Below, piece by piece: positions 50,476-59,923 of a DNA stretch of 64,000 nucleotides. The stretch comes from an uncultured Bacteroidales bacterium (GTDB taxonomy: Bacteria; Bacteroidota; Bacteroidia; Bacteroidales; UBA12077), in assembly GCA_964585385.1 (NCBI GenBank), contig CAZPDP010000004.1, forward strand, positions 27,574 to 91,573, given 5' to 3'. Positions within the stretch are counted from its first letter, which is position 1, and each line of letters begins with the position of its first letter. Made by a program: the position numbers and the translations under genes. A model generated the notes under the pieces. The model ran no database searches. It was not told the origin of the DNA and saw only the letters and a list, made by a program, of their open reading frames with translations.

Positions 50476-52215
50476 ATGCAAAGAGAAATAAAATTCAGCC
50501 TGGTATACAGGGACATGTGGCAATCGAGCGGAAAATATGTCCCCAGGATAGACCAGTTGAAGCGTGTAGCACCCGAAATAATTAATATGGGTTGCTTTTC
50601 ACGTATAGAGACAAATGGTGGAGCCTTTGAACAGGTTAATCTTTTATATGGGGAGAATCCTAACAAAGCCGTCAGGGAATGGACAAAACCTTTCAATGAG
50701 GCCGGAATTCAAACTCACATGCTGGAGAGGGCTTTAAATGGTATTCGCATGTTTCCTGTTCCTGCTGATTTAAGAAAACTAATGTTTCAGGTCAAAAAAG
50801 CTCAGGGAGTAGATATTGCAAGGTCTTTTTGCGGCCTGAATGATCACAGGAACCTTGAACTTTCTATCAAATATGCCAAGGAAGCCGGAATGATATCCCA
50901 GGTGGCTTTGAGTATAACTCATTCAAAAATTCATACCAACGAATACTATTTAGGAGTTGTCGATAAAGCTGTTGAATACGGAGCCGATGAAATTTGCCTT
51001 AAAGATATGGCCGGAGTGGGCAGGCCTGTAAATCTGGGTAATCTTGTACGAATGATTAAAGAAAAATACCCCGAATTGGTAGTTCAGTATCATGGACATT
51101 CAGGCCCGGGATTTTCTGTCGCATCGACACTTGAGGTCGCCCGTGCAGGAGCAGATTATGTAGATGTAGCCATGGAACCTCTTTCGTGGGGTATGGTTCA
51201 CCCCGATGTGCTAACCATCCAGGCTATGCTAAAAGATGCAGGTTTTAAGGTACCTGAAATCAATACGGATGCATACATGAAAGTAAGGTCTCTGAATAAG
51301 GAATTTATGGACGACTTTCTGGGATATTTCATCAATCCCAGAAACCGATACATGTCTTCACTACTGGTTAAATCCGGGTTACCCGGTGGTATGATGGGGA
51401 GCATGATGGCAGACCTGAAAAACGTTCAGCAAGGATTAAATCAAACGCTTGCCGCCAATGGAAAAGAGGAACTTTCAGAAGATGAACTTTTGAATAAATT
51501 ATTTGACGAAGTTGTGGATATTTGGCCAAAATTGGGCAATCCCCCACTTGTAACCCCTTTTAGTCAGTATGTCAAGAACATTGCCCTTTTAAATGTAATG
51601 GCTGAAATACAGGGTAACCCAAAATTCCAGATGATAGATAATAATGCATGGGATATGATATTGGGAAAAGCAGGCAGATTGCCCGGAAAACTTGATTCTG
51701 AAATTGTTGAGCTGGCAAAAGAGCAGGGTAAGGAGTTCTACGAAGGTGTTCCACAGGACAATTATCCGGATCAACTGGATAAGTATAAAAAAGAGATGGA
51801 AGAAAACGGATGGGAGTTTGGCCAGGACAACGAAGAATTATTCGAATTTGCCATGCATGAAAGGCAATACAGGGATTACAAATCCGGATTGGCAAAAAAA
51901 AGATTTGAAGAAGAGATTGAGAAATTGAAATCACAGTCGGAAAATGGTCAGGCAGCTAAAAAGCAGAAAGACCCCAACAAAAAAGATATTGTATCCCCGG
52001 CAAATGGCCGTGTCTTCTTTAATCTGAACTACTTTGTAGAGGAAAAATCAATTGAAGAAGGTTCGGAAGTTAAAAAAGGTGAGCGCATTTGCTACATAGA
52101 ATCAAACAATACTTTCGATGAAATTCTGTCTGGGTATGATGGAAAAGTGGAAAAAATATACTGCCAGCAAGGTGATGTGGTTACAAAGGATGAACTGCTG
52201 GTAAGATTGAAATAA
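50476..52215 (+). CDS. oxaloacetate decarboxylase alpha / pyruvate carboxylase B / transcarboxylase 5S-type carboxyltransferase with a lysine-less biotinyl-like C-terminal domain
   Basis: 579 aa, colinear with OadA-type proteins. YRDMWQS (cf LRDAHQS), ETNGGAFEQ, CGLNDHRN, LKDMAG, YHGHSGPG (HxH), LPGGMMGS, PLVTPFSQ. The C-terminal 70 aa have a biotinyl/lipoyl-barrel pattern, but the EAMKM hairpin reads IESNNT. Confidence 0.85.
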   Translation: MQREIKFSLVYRDMWQSSGKYVPRIDQLKRVAPEIINMGCFSRIETNGGAFEQVNLLYGENPNKAVREWTKPFNEAGIQTHMLERALNGIRMFPVPADLRKLMFQVKKAQGVDIARSFCGLNDHRNLELSIKYAKEAGMISQVALSITHSKIHTNEYYLGVVDKAVEYGADEICLKDMAGVGRPVNLGNLVRMIKEKYPELVVQYHGHSGPGFSVASTLEVARAGADYVDVAMEPLSWGMVHPDVLTIQAMLKDAGFKVPEINTDAYMKVRSLNKEFMDDFLGYFINPRNRYMSSLLVKSGLPGGMMGSMMADLKNVQQGLNQTLAANGKEELSEDELLNKLFDEVVDIWPKLGNPPLVTPFSQYVKNIALLNVMAEIQGNPKFQMIDNNAWDMILGKAGRLPGKLDSEIVELAKEQGKEFYEGVPQDNYPDQLDKYKKEMEENGWEFGQDNEELFEFAMHERQYRDYKSGLAKKRFEEEIEKLKSQSENGQAAKKQKDPNKKDIVSPANGRVFFNLNYFVEEKSIEEGSEVKKGERICYIESNNTFDEILSGYDGKVEKIYCQQGDVVTKDELLVRLK

Positions 52216-52241
52216 AAAAGCAGGGTTCCAAAAGCCCTGCT
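52214..52241. terminator. terminator between the convergent carboxyltransferase and DHOD-like genes
   Basis: Stem AGCAGGG / CCCTGCT (52219-52225 / 52235-52241). The A6 run upstream gives a good U-tract for the minus-strand gene. The plus-strand tail is weaker (ATCTGATTTT). Confidence 0.55.
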
Positions 52242-52267
52242 ATCTGATTTTATTAGCTAATGAATTC

Positions 52268-53278
52268 CTAGTACTTATGCTTTTTGATAATCTCCTCCGG
52301 GTTAAGAAGGATATCAACATATTGAGCTCTCTTGTATACAAATGGATCTTTTACATTCTTTCTTGACAATTTACCCTTGAAATCTTTAAGTGATTTATAA
52401 TTGTTTGCATCCATCCATTTTTCCATATCCTGGAGCATTGTAGATATATGTTCAATTTTATTTTTATAAAGTGTACTTACCACCTGAACACAATCTGCTC
52501 CAGCCATAATCAACTTCAATGCATCCTCACCTGTAAAAATTCCAGTGCTTGCACAAATTGCAGCATTAATATTATCATAAAGCAAACCCGAATATCGTAA
52601 AGGCAATTTATGATCGCCTTTTGAGCTCAGGTTAAACGGGAAAGTATGCTCTTCCTTATGTATATTTACTTCGGGTTCAAACAGTCGGTTGAAAAGTACA
52701 AACCCGTCAACAGCCTCATCATCCATGCTTTGTACCAGGTTCAGAATGTTTGAATAAAATGGACTTATTTTAACACTGATAGGTATTGAAACCTGTTTAC
52801 GGACAGATTTGAGAATTGAGACTTGCTGCTCCTCAATTTCAACACCTTCTATATCAGAATCATAAGGTATGTAAAAAAAGTTCAATTCGAGAGCATCCAC
52901 ACCTGTGTCAACAATTTTTTTGGCATATTCAATCCATGTCTCAGAATTAACAGCATTCAAGCTGGCAATGATTGGAATATCAAGCGCTGCTTTAGCCCTT
53001 TGAAGTGCGAGTAAATGGTCATCAGGTCCTGCATGTTGAATATCAGGGTGTGTTTTTATCATTTCGGGATTGCGCTCATCGAATTCGGTGAGCTCCTCAT
53101 CCATCTGAGCGCGTTCCAGTTGTATCTGCTCTTCAAAAAGTGATTTATATACTACCGCTGCGGCTCCTGCCTCTTCTATTCTTTGCAATTTTTCCAAGTC
53201 TTCGGAAAGATTGGATGCACCGGCAATTATTGGGTTCTTCAACTGAAGGCCCATGTATTTTGTACTTAAGTCTGCCAT
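52268..53278 (-). CDS. dihydroorotate dehydrogenase-like flavoprotein (class 1 DHOD/DHPD TIM-barrel family, non-PyrD subgroup)
   Basis: 336 aa. MADLSTKYMGLQLKNPIIAGASNLSEDLEKLQRIEEAGAAAVVYKSLFEEQI, ...ELNFFYIP..., ...VKISP..., ...GADCVQVVS. It resembles the DHOD-like family rather than bona fide PyrD, from memory. Confidence 0.6.
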   Translation of the reverse strand: MADLSTKYMGLQLKNPIIAGASNLSEDLEKLQRIEEAGAAAVVYKSLFEEQIQLERAQMDEELTEFDERNPEMIKTHPDIQHAGPDDHLLALQRAKAALDIPIIASLNAVNSETWIEYAKKIVDTGVDALELNFFYIPYDSDIEGVEIEEQQVSILKSVRKQVSIPISVKISPFYSNILNLVQSMDDEAVDGFVLFNRLFEPEVNIHKEEHTFPFNLSSKGDHKLPLRYSGLLYDNINAAICASTGIFTGEDALKLIMAGADCVQVVSTLYKNKIEHISTMLQDMEKWMDANNYKSLKDFKGKLSRKNVKDPFVYKRAQYVDILLNPEEIIKKHKY

Positions 53279-53350
53279 AATAAAAGGGTTTTATGTGTTA
53301 CTTAAAAAGTAAACAAGATAAGAAAAAATTAGTTCAATCAAAAAGTAGAA

Positions 53351-56266
53351 TCAAAAGACGAAAGGGAGTTTTATTTCAACCCTGGTACCATTTGGATTAC
53401 CTTCATTATCGGTGAGATCTACATAATTGATATCAATTTCATTGCTGTAGAGAGAGTTGAGTACCTTAATCCTGTCCTCTGTAATTTTTGAGCCAAGAGA
53501 CTTTTTTAAAGGGCCTTTTGTCATTTTGATTTGCTCTGCTCTTTTCCTTCCTATACCGTCATCTTCAATAATGCAAAACAGAGCATCCTCACTCAGTTTG
53601 ATCTCCACCTTTAAAAAACCTTTATCCCTTTTGTGTAGCAATCCATGCCTAATTGAATTTTCAACATAGGGTTGCAGTAATAGTGCAGGAATCTTATACT
53701 CAAACGGATTAATCTTTTCATCTACCTTTATTTCGTAATCGAAGGATTCTTCAAATCTTAATGCCTCCAGTTCAAGATAAAGGTCAAGCCCCCGAATTTC
53801 ATCTTCAATAGGAACAAAGGTATGTTGCGAATTATCCAGGATTATCCGCATCATCTTGGCAAATTTTGTCAGGTAGGTCAATGAAGAAGTAGTATCCTCA
53901 TCAAGCAAAAAATATTGAATGGAGTTAAGGGTATTAAAAATGAAATGCGGATTCATTTGCTGACGAAGTATCTTCTGTTTATATTCGTTGATATCCTGCA
54001 TCAAAGCGTTTCTTTTCCTAATCATTCTCAACCTGTAGTATACAAACAAAGCTATTAATCCACCAATAAAAACAACCACCAGAATTATAAACCAATAGGT
54101 AGTATAAAATGGTTTTTTAATCGTAAAACTGATGCTTTGGGGATTATCACTCCATACTCCGTCCTCATTCTGAGCCATAACAGTGAACGTATAATTTCCA
54201 GGAGGAAGGCCCATGAATGATTTTGAAGTTTCTTTCGTATAATGCCAGTTGGTGTCCAATCCCTCCAACCTGTATCTGTATCTCACCCTTCCATTTTCCC
54301 TGTAAGCTAAGCCTACGTATTGAAATGACAGATAACCCTGGTCATATTCTAAATCATACCTTGCTTTATAAGTAGTATCAACCCCATTAATTTCTACATT
54401 CCTTATAAATATATCCGGAGCTGCTTTGTTTGTCCGGATTTGATCTTTGGGAAAATAAGACAAACCCTTTGTTGTAGCTACATAAACCATAGAATTATTA
54501 ACCTCAATGTCATTAATCTGCGGATAAGGTAAACCTTTACTTGGAGTAATATTAAGAATATTATAATCGAAATTATTGGTATTGGACAATTTTAGTTTGG
54601 AGATACCCTGATTCGTGCCAATCCAAAGAATTTTACCATCAATAAAAAAATCATTTATAGAATTGCTAATCAAACCATCATCCTCGGCAATCTTCACATA
54701 ATCATTATCTCCAATAAAAATAATACCTGCACCCTGCGTAGATATTGCAAGATATTTACCTAATCTTCCTATGTCTGTTATACGATAATAAAGGTCATCA
54801 TTTCTATATCCCAGATGCTTATATGTTCCATCTTCAAAAAGCCACAATCCATCCAGACCTCCCATATATATTTTCCCATCTGAATCTTCAAAAAGCTTCG
54901 TAATCCGCCTGCAAAAAGAATCTTCTTCACAAGAGTTGTAAAAAAATCTGTGATTTTGGTACATTCTTACACCTCCTGCATATGATAACATCAATGTATC
55001 TCTGCCCAGAGAAATTATATCAAAAGGAGAATCCTCCGAGAGCAAATTAATATTATTGTTTTTTATAGAGTAGAATCCATTATCTCTGGACACCAAAATT
55101 CTATTTGATTCAAAATCATACTCAATTTTTCTTAAGCCCTTTATCCTTGATTCCGGGAACCTTTTATTCTCTATTTTACCATCATTCAGCTTTGAAATAA
55201 CAGGATCATCATTTCCCATCCATAAAACACCCGAAGAATCAAAAGCTATCTCTTTTATATTATCTGATGGTAAACCATACCTCGTATCAATATACTTTAT
55301 TGACAAATTAGGGGCATAAAACAACCCACTGCTTCTTGTTGTGAACCAATGGGACCCTTCATTATCTTCAAGAACAGAAGTTACAAAGTGTTTTTTAAGA
55401 AAAATCTCAGAAGTATTAAAATTCTCATTATCAACAACCAAAATACCACTTGAAGTTGAAACCCATAATTTATCTGAACCAAAACTACTCAACCAAACTA
55501 CGTTATTAACAAACTCTTTCTTTTTTCTTAAATATTTTAGTTTTGGATCTATACTGTAAAGTTTTCTCTCATGTGCAATAATAAATTTATGCCCCTGTTC
55601 AACAATGAAGTCATTATTCTGTAGCGAAGAATTATTCTGTTGTTTAATTGGTTCATTAATAACCAGGGTACTATCCTCATAATGTATCCTGACAGACTTG
55701 TAATTCCTTGTAGTTTGAGAAACCAAAAACCTGTCTTCTATTTTAAAAATGTCCAAATAATGATCTCTATTGTTTGTCAATTGATAAGTCTTACCTGTGC
55801 TATCAATTCTGGTTAGACCTACATTTCTGATGCCTATATAAACATTATCTTCTTTATCAACATGAAAGGAAAGTTTATTCTGAACTCTGTTCTTATAGAA
55901 TTGTTCAGTTATGCTAGCATTAAAGGGATAAATATGTATCTCCCCCTTATAGTAATAGCTTAATTTTAGTGAAAAGGAAATAAACCAAATTCTCCCTTTA
56001 TAATCTTCGTAAATTTCAAAAATGGTATTATCAGGAAGGCCGTCTTCCAGACCAAAATTCTCAAACTCGTACCCATCAAAGCGACTGACTCCTTTATCCG
56101 TAGCAATCCAGATAAAGCCTTTTTTGTCCTGTATGACATGATAGATTTCATTGGAAGGTAGCCCATCTTCAATATCATAATTCCTATAATGAGGTTCTTG
56201 AGCGTTAACATAAGGAAATGACAGAAAAAGGCAAAAAATAAAAATATAAAGAGAGAAACCCTTCAT
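53351..56266 (-). CDS. sensor histidine kinase: periplasmic beta-propeller (Reg_prop) repeats + Y_Y_Y domain + TM + LytS/YehU-type kinase core
   Basis: 971 aa. Signal peptide, then repeated GLPSN-x-I-x-x-I-x-x-D-x-x-G-x-IW(I/F)-type propeller blades. Ig-like RYRYRLEGLDTNW (Y_Y_Y). TM helix WFIILVVVFIGGLIALFVYY. His_kinase box NPHFIFNTLNSIQYF, N box LLQPYVENSIRHG, G box IIEDDGIG. Confidence 0.88.
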   Translation of the reverse strand: MKGFSLYIFIFCLFLSFPYVNAQEPHYRNYDIEDGLPSNEIYHVIQDKKGFIWIATDKGVSRFDGYEFENFGLEDGLPDNTIFEIYEDYKGRIWFISFSLKLSYYYKGEIHIYPFNASITEQFYKNRVQNKLSFHVDKEDNVYIGIRNVGLTRIDSTGKTYQLTNNRDHYLDIFKIEDRFLVSQTTRNYKSVRIHYEDSTLVINEPIKQQNNSSLQNNDFIVEQGHKFIIAHERKLYSIDPKLKYLRKKKEFVNNVVWLSSFGSDKLWVSTSSGILVVDNENFNTSEIFLKKHFVTSVLEDNEGSHWFTTRSSGLFYAPNLSIKYIDTRYGLPSDNIKEIAFDSSGVLWMGNDDPVISKLNDGKIENKRFPESRIKGLRKIEYDFESNRILVSRDNGFYSIKNNNINLLSEDSPFDIISLGRDTLMLSYAGGVRMYQNHRFFYNSCEEDSFCRRITKLFEDSDGKIYMGGLDGLWLFEDGTYKHLGYRNDDLYYRITDIGRLGKYLAISTQGAGIIFIGDNDYVKIAEDDGLISNSINDFFIDGKILWIGTNQGISKLKLSNTNNFDYNILNITPSKGLPYPQINDIEVNNSMVYVATTKGLSYFPKDQIRTNKAAPDIFIRNVEINGVDTTYKARYDLEYDQGYLSFQYVGLAYRENGRVRYRYRLEGLDTNWHYTKETSKSFMGLPPGNYTFTVMAQNEDGVWSDNPQSISFTIKKPFYTTYWFIILVVVFIGGLIALFVYYRLRMIRKRNALMQDINEYKQKILRQQMNPHFIFNTLNSIQYFLLDEDTTSSLTYLTKFAKMMRIILDNSQHTFVPIEDEIRGLDLYLELEALRFEESFDYEIKVDEKINPFEYKIPALLLQPYVENSIRHGLLHKRDKGFLKVEIKLSEDALFCIIEDDGIGRKRAEQIKMTKGPLKKSLGSKITEDRIKVLNSLYSNEIDINYVDLTDNEGNPNGTRVEIKLPFVF

Positions 56267-56300
56267 AAATAATTAAAACAAATTTGTAACAGTAAATATA

Positions 56301-56330
56301 AAAAAAAGAAGCAGGCATAATACCTGCTTC
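56301..56330 (-). terminator. intrinsic terminator after nifJ
   Basis: Perfect 8-bp stem GAAGCAGG / CCTGCTTC (56308-56315 / 56323-56330) with a 7-nt loop. The A7 run at 56301-56307 gives U7 on the minus strand. Confidence 0.7.
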
Positions 56331-56357
56331 TTCACAATTTTTATTAGTTAAAACAAA

Positions 56358-59300
56358 TTATTCTTCCTGAGCCAATTTTCTATACTTATTGTATCTCCAT
56401 TTGGCATCTTCTTCAGCCTGTTTGAAAAGTCTTTCTGCTTCCTGTGGGAATGATTTCTTTAGGGAAGTATATCTTACCTCGCCCTCTAAGAAATCCTGGA
56501 ATTTAGACCAGTCAGGTTCTTTTGAATCAAGCACAAATGGATTCTTGCCTTCTTGCTCGAGGCGTGGGTCATATCTGTAATTGTGCCAGAATCCGGCATC
56601 TACAGCTTTTTTCATTTCGGCCTGTGCTTTACCCATACCTCCTCTAATGCCATGATTAATACATGGTGAATAAGCAATTATTACGGATGGACCCGGATAA
56701 GCTTCCGCTTCCTTCATGGCTTTAAAGAACTGGTTCTGGCTTGCGCCCATAGAGACTTGCGCAACGTATACATTTCCATAGTTTATAGCCATCATACCCA
56801 GATCTTTTTTGCGTGTCTTCATTCCGGAAGCCGCAAATTTCGCTACAGCACCAGCAGGAGTTGCCTTTGATGCCTGTCCTCCGGTATTGGAATAAACCTC
56901 TGTATCCAGCACAAGCAAGTTAACATCTTCGCCTGAAGCTATAACGTGGTCTAGGCCACCGTAACCAATATCATAAGCCCATCCATCACCACCTACAATC
57001 CAAACAGACTTCTTAGGCAGATAATCTTTAAGATCCAGGATATCCTTAGCCAACTGATGTTTTTCATTTCCCAGTGCTTTCTTAACTCTTTCTGCAAGTT
57101 CTATGGTTCCGTTTGCATTCTCTTTATTATCAAGCCATTCTTTCAATACAGTTTTAGTGTCATTGGAAATATCTTCGTCAAGAAGGGTATCCATCTTCTC
57201 GGCGATTCTTTTTCTCATTTTGTTAACACCTACAGCCATTCCGTAACCATATTCTGCGTTATCTTCAAAGAGGGAATTGGCCCATGCGGGTCCTCTTCCG
57301 TCCCTTCCTGCTTTGTATGGTGTTGATGGAGCTGATCCGCCGTATATGGATGAACAACCTGTTGCATTTGCTATCATCATGCGATCTCCGTAAAGCTGAG
57401 TAATAACCTTAATGTATGGTGTCTCACCACAACCCGGACATGCACCATGGAATTCAAATAATGGTTCGGCGAACTGACTATTCTTGACAGTTTTTTCTTT
57501 GGGAACCACGGTATCTTTGTATCCAACTTTCTCTTCCATGTATTCCCATTTTTCAACTTGCTCCATCTGAGTCTCCAATGGCTTCATTTCAAGAGCTTTG
57601 TTTGGAGCAGGACATACATCAACACAATTGCTGCATCCTGTACAATCCAATGGACTTATCTGAATTCTGAAGTTATACTCCTTAATACCACCTTTTCCTT
57701 TGATGGTGTCTGTGTCTTTGGGAGCATTTTTAAGTTCTTCATCAGTGAGAAGGAATGGTCGAATTACGGCATGTGGACAAACATAAGCACACTGATTACA
57801 TTGAATACAATTATCAGCTATCCATTCCGGAACATTTACAGCAATTCCCCGTTTTTCATACTTGGTTGTACCAGCGGGGAAACTACCATCTTCCCTACCT
57901 ACGAATGCACTTACCGGTAAATCGTCACCTTTCTGGAGATTGATAGGCTGAGCTACCTTTCTGACAAATTCAGGGAGATCTTCACTTTCCTGTGCTTCTC
58001 CGTTAAGCTTGATTTTCTTCCATTCAGCAGGTATCTTAATCTTTTCAACTTCACCACCTCTATCAACCGCTTTATGGTTCATGTTTACAATGTCTTCTCC
58101 TTTTTTACCAAATGTTTTCACAATGGCATTCTTCATTTCTTCTACTGCCTTATCGTAGGGAATAACATCAGCAACCTTAAAGAAAGCAGACTGCATGATT
58201 GTATTGGTGCGTCCACCTAAGCCAATCTCTTCTGCAATTTTAGTGGCATTGATAACATAGAAATTTATATTTTTCTCTGCCAGTTGTTTTTTTACAGTAT
58301 CCGGAAGCTTTTCTTTTGTCTCTTCTGCATCCCAGATGCTGTTCAGCAAGAAAGTACCACCTTCCTTTATGCCGTCAAGCATATCATACTTCTCTAAATA
58401 TGCAGGTACGTGGCAGGCAACGAAATTTGGAGTGCCAACCAGGTAAGAAGAACGAATTGGCTGGTTTCCAAAACGTAAGTGTGATACCGTGATACCCCCT
58501 GATTTTTTAGAGTCATAGGAGAAATAACCCTGAGCATATTTATCAGTGGTTTCACCTATAATCTTGATTGAATTCTTATTAGCCCCTACAGTTCCGTCAC
58601 CACCAATTCCATAGAATTTGCCTTCAAATGTACCTTCAGGTACAACACTTACTGGATCATGGATTGGGAGTGATTTATAGGTAACATCATCTACAATACT
58701 AATTGTAAATTGATCTTTCGGTTCATTCTGCTTAAGATTATCAAAAACAGAGATAATATCCTGTGGTTTGGTATCTTTAGAACTGAGACCATAACGTCCT
58801 CCAACAACAAGGGGAGCATTCTCTTTACCATAAAACAGGTTACGTACATCAAGGTATAAGGGATCACCCATTGCACCTGGTTCTTTTGTTCTGTCAAGTA
58901 CTGCAATTCTCTTAACAGAATCAGGCAGAACATTAAGAAAATATTTCTCTGAGAAAGGTCTGTATAAGTGTACTGCAATGAGTCCAACCTTTTCGCCATT
59001 TTTAGTGAGCATATCTATAACTTCTCTGATGGTTTCAGTTACCGAACCCATGGCAACAATGACATGTTCGGCATCATCAGCACCATAATATGTGAATGGA
59101 TGATATTCTCTTCCTGTCATTTTGGTAATTTCCTTCATATAATCCTCCACGAGATCAGCAACAGGCTCATAGAATTTATTGCTTGCTTCTCTTGCCTGGA
59201 AGAATATGTCAGGATTTTGTGCTGTACCCCTTGTAACAGGATGTTCAGAACTCAATGCATTATCTCTGAATTTTTGCAGCGCTTTATAATCAATTAATTT

Positions 59301-59882
59301 TTCCAGGTCTTCATTTTCAAAATATTCAACCTTTTGTATTTCGTGTGAATTTCTGAATCCATCGAAAAAGTGCAGGAATGGTATCCGGGATTTGATTGAA
59401 GTAAGGTGCGCCACCGCAGCGATATCCATTATTTCCTGGATACTTCCGCTTGCCAGCAGGGCAAAGCCCGTTTGCCGTGTTGCCATAACGTCACTGTGAT
59501 CACCAAAAATGGATAAGGCCTGAGTAGCGACACTTCTTGCGCTAACATGGAATACACCGGGTAACAATTCTCCGGAAATCTTATACATATTGGGTATCAT
59601 CAGGAGCAATCCCTGGGATGCTGTAAAGGTTGAAGTAAGCGAACCTCCTTGCAAAGAGCCATGAACGGCGCCAGCGGCACCAGCTTCAGACTGCATCTCA
59701 GTTACAGTTACTTCGTCACCAAAAATGTTTTTCCTTCCGTGGGCTGCCCATTCGTCGATATACTCCGCCATTGTGGATGAGGGAGTAATCGGGTAAATTG
59801 CGGCTACCTCACTGAACATGTATGCAACATGAGCTGCTGCATAATTTCCGTCACAGGTTATAATTTTTTTCTTTTGTGCCAT
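56358..59882 (-). CDS. nifJ: pyruvate:ferredoxin (flavodoxin) oxidoreductase, single-polypeptide form
   Basis: 1174 aa. N-terminal DGNYAAAHVAYMFSEVAAIYPITPSS, ferredoxin-domain clusters CIQCNQCAYVCPH and CTGCSNCVDVCP, CPGCGETPY, and TPP-binding GGDGWAYDIGYGGLDH. Confidence 0.96.
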   Translation of the reverse strand: MAQKKKIITCDGNYAAAHVAYMFSEVAAIYPITPSSTMAEYIDEWAAHGRKNIFGDEVTVTEMQSEAGAAGAVHGSLQGGSLTSTFTASQGLLLMIPNMYKISGELLPGVFHVSARSVATQALSIFGDHSDVMATRQTGFALLASGSIQEIMDIAAVAHLTSIKSRIPFLHFFDGFRNSHEIQKVEYFENEDLEKLIDYKALQKFRDNALSSEHPVTRGTAQNPDIFFQAREASNKFYEPVADLVEDYMKEITKMTGREYHPFTYYGADDAEHVIVAMGSVTETIREVIDMLTKNGEKVGLIAVHLYRPFSEKYFLNVLPDSVKRIAVLDRTKEPGAMGDPLYLDVRNLFYGKENAPLVVGGRYGLSSKDTKPQDIISVFDNLKQNEPKDQFTISIVDDVTYKSLPIHDPVSVVPEGTFEGKFYGIGGDGTVGANKNSIKIIGETTDKYAQGYFSYDSKKSGGITVSHLRFGNQPIRSSYLVGTPNFVACHVPAYLEKYDMLDGIKEGGTFLLNSIWDAEETKEKLPDTVKKQLAEKNINFYVINATKIAEEIGLGGRTNTIMQSAFFKVADVIPYDKAVEEMKNAIVKTFGKKGEDIVNMNHKAVDRGGEVEKIKIPAEWKKIKLNGEAQESEDLPEFVRKVAQPINLQKGDDLPVSAFVGREDGSFPAGTTKYEKRGIAVNVPEWIADNCIQCNQCAYVCPHAVIRPFLLTDEELKNAPKDTDTIKGKGGIKEYNFRIQISPLDCTGCSNCVDVCPAPNKALEMKPLETQMEQVEKWEYMEEKVGYKDTVVPKEKTVKNSQFAEPLFEFHGACPGCGETPYIKVITQLYGDRMMIANATGCSSIYGGSAPSTPYKAGRDGRGPAWANSLFEDNAEYGYGMAVGVNKMRKRIAEKMDTLLDEDISNDTKTVLKEWLDNKENANGTIELAERVKKALGNEKHQLAKDILDLKDYLPKKSVWIVGGDGWAYDIGYGGLDHVIASGEDVNLLVLDTEVYSNTGGQASKATPAGAVAKFAASGMKTRKKDLGMMAINYGNVYVAQVSMGASQNQFFKAMKEAEAYPGPSVIIAYSPCINHGIRGGMGKAQAEMKKAVDAGFWHNYRYDPRLEQEGKNPFVLDSKEPDWSKFQDFLEGEVRYTSLKKSFPQEAERLFKQAEEDAKWRYNKYRKLAQEE

Positions 59883-59923
59883 TTTTTTCTCCTTAATTTT
59901 TGGAACAACTATTGTAATCCTTA

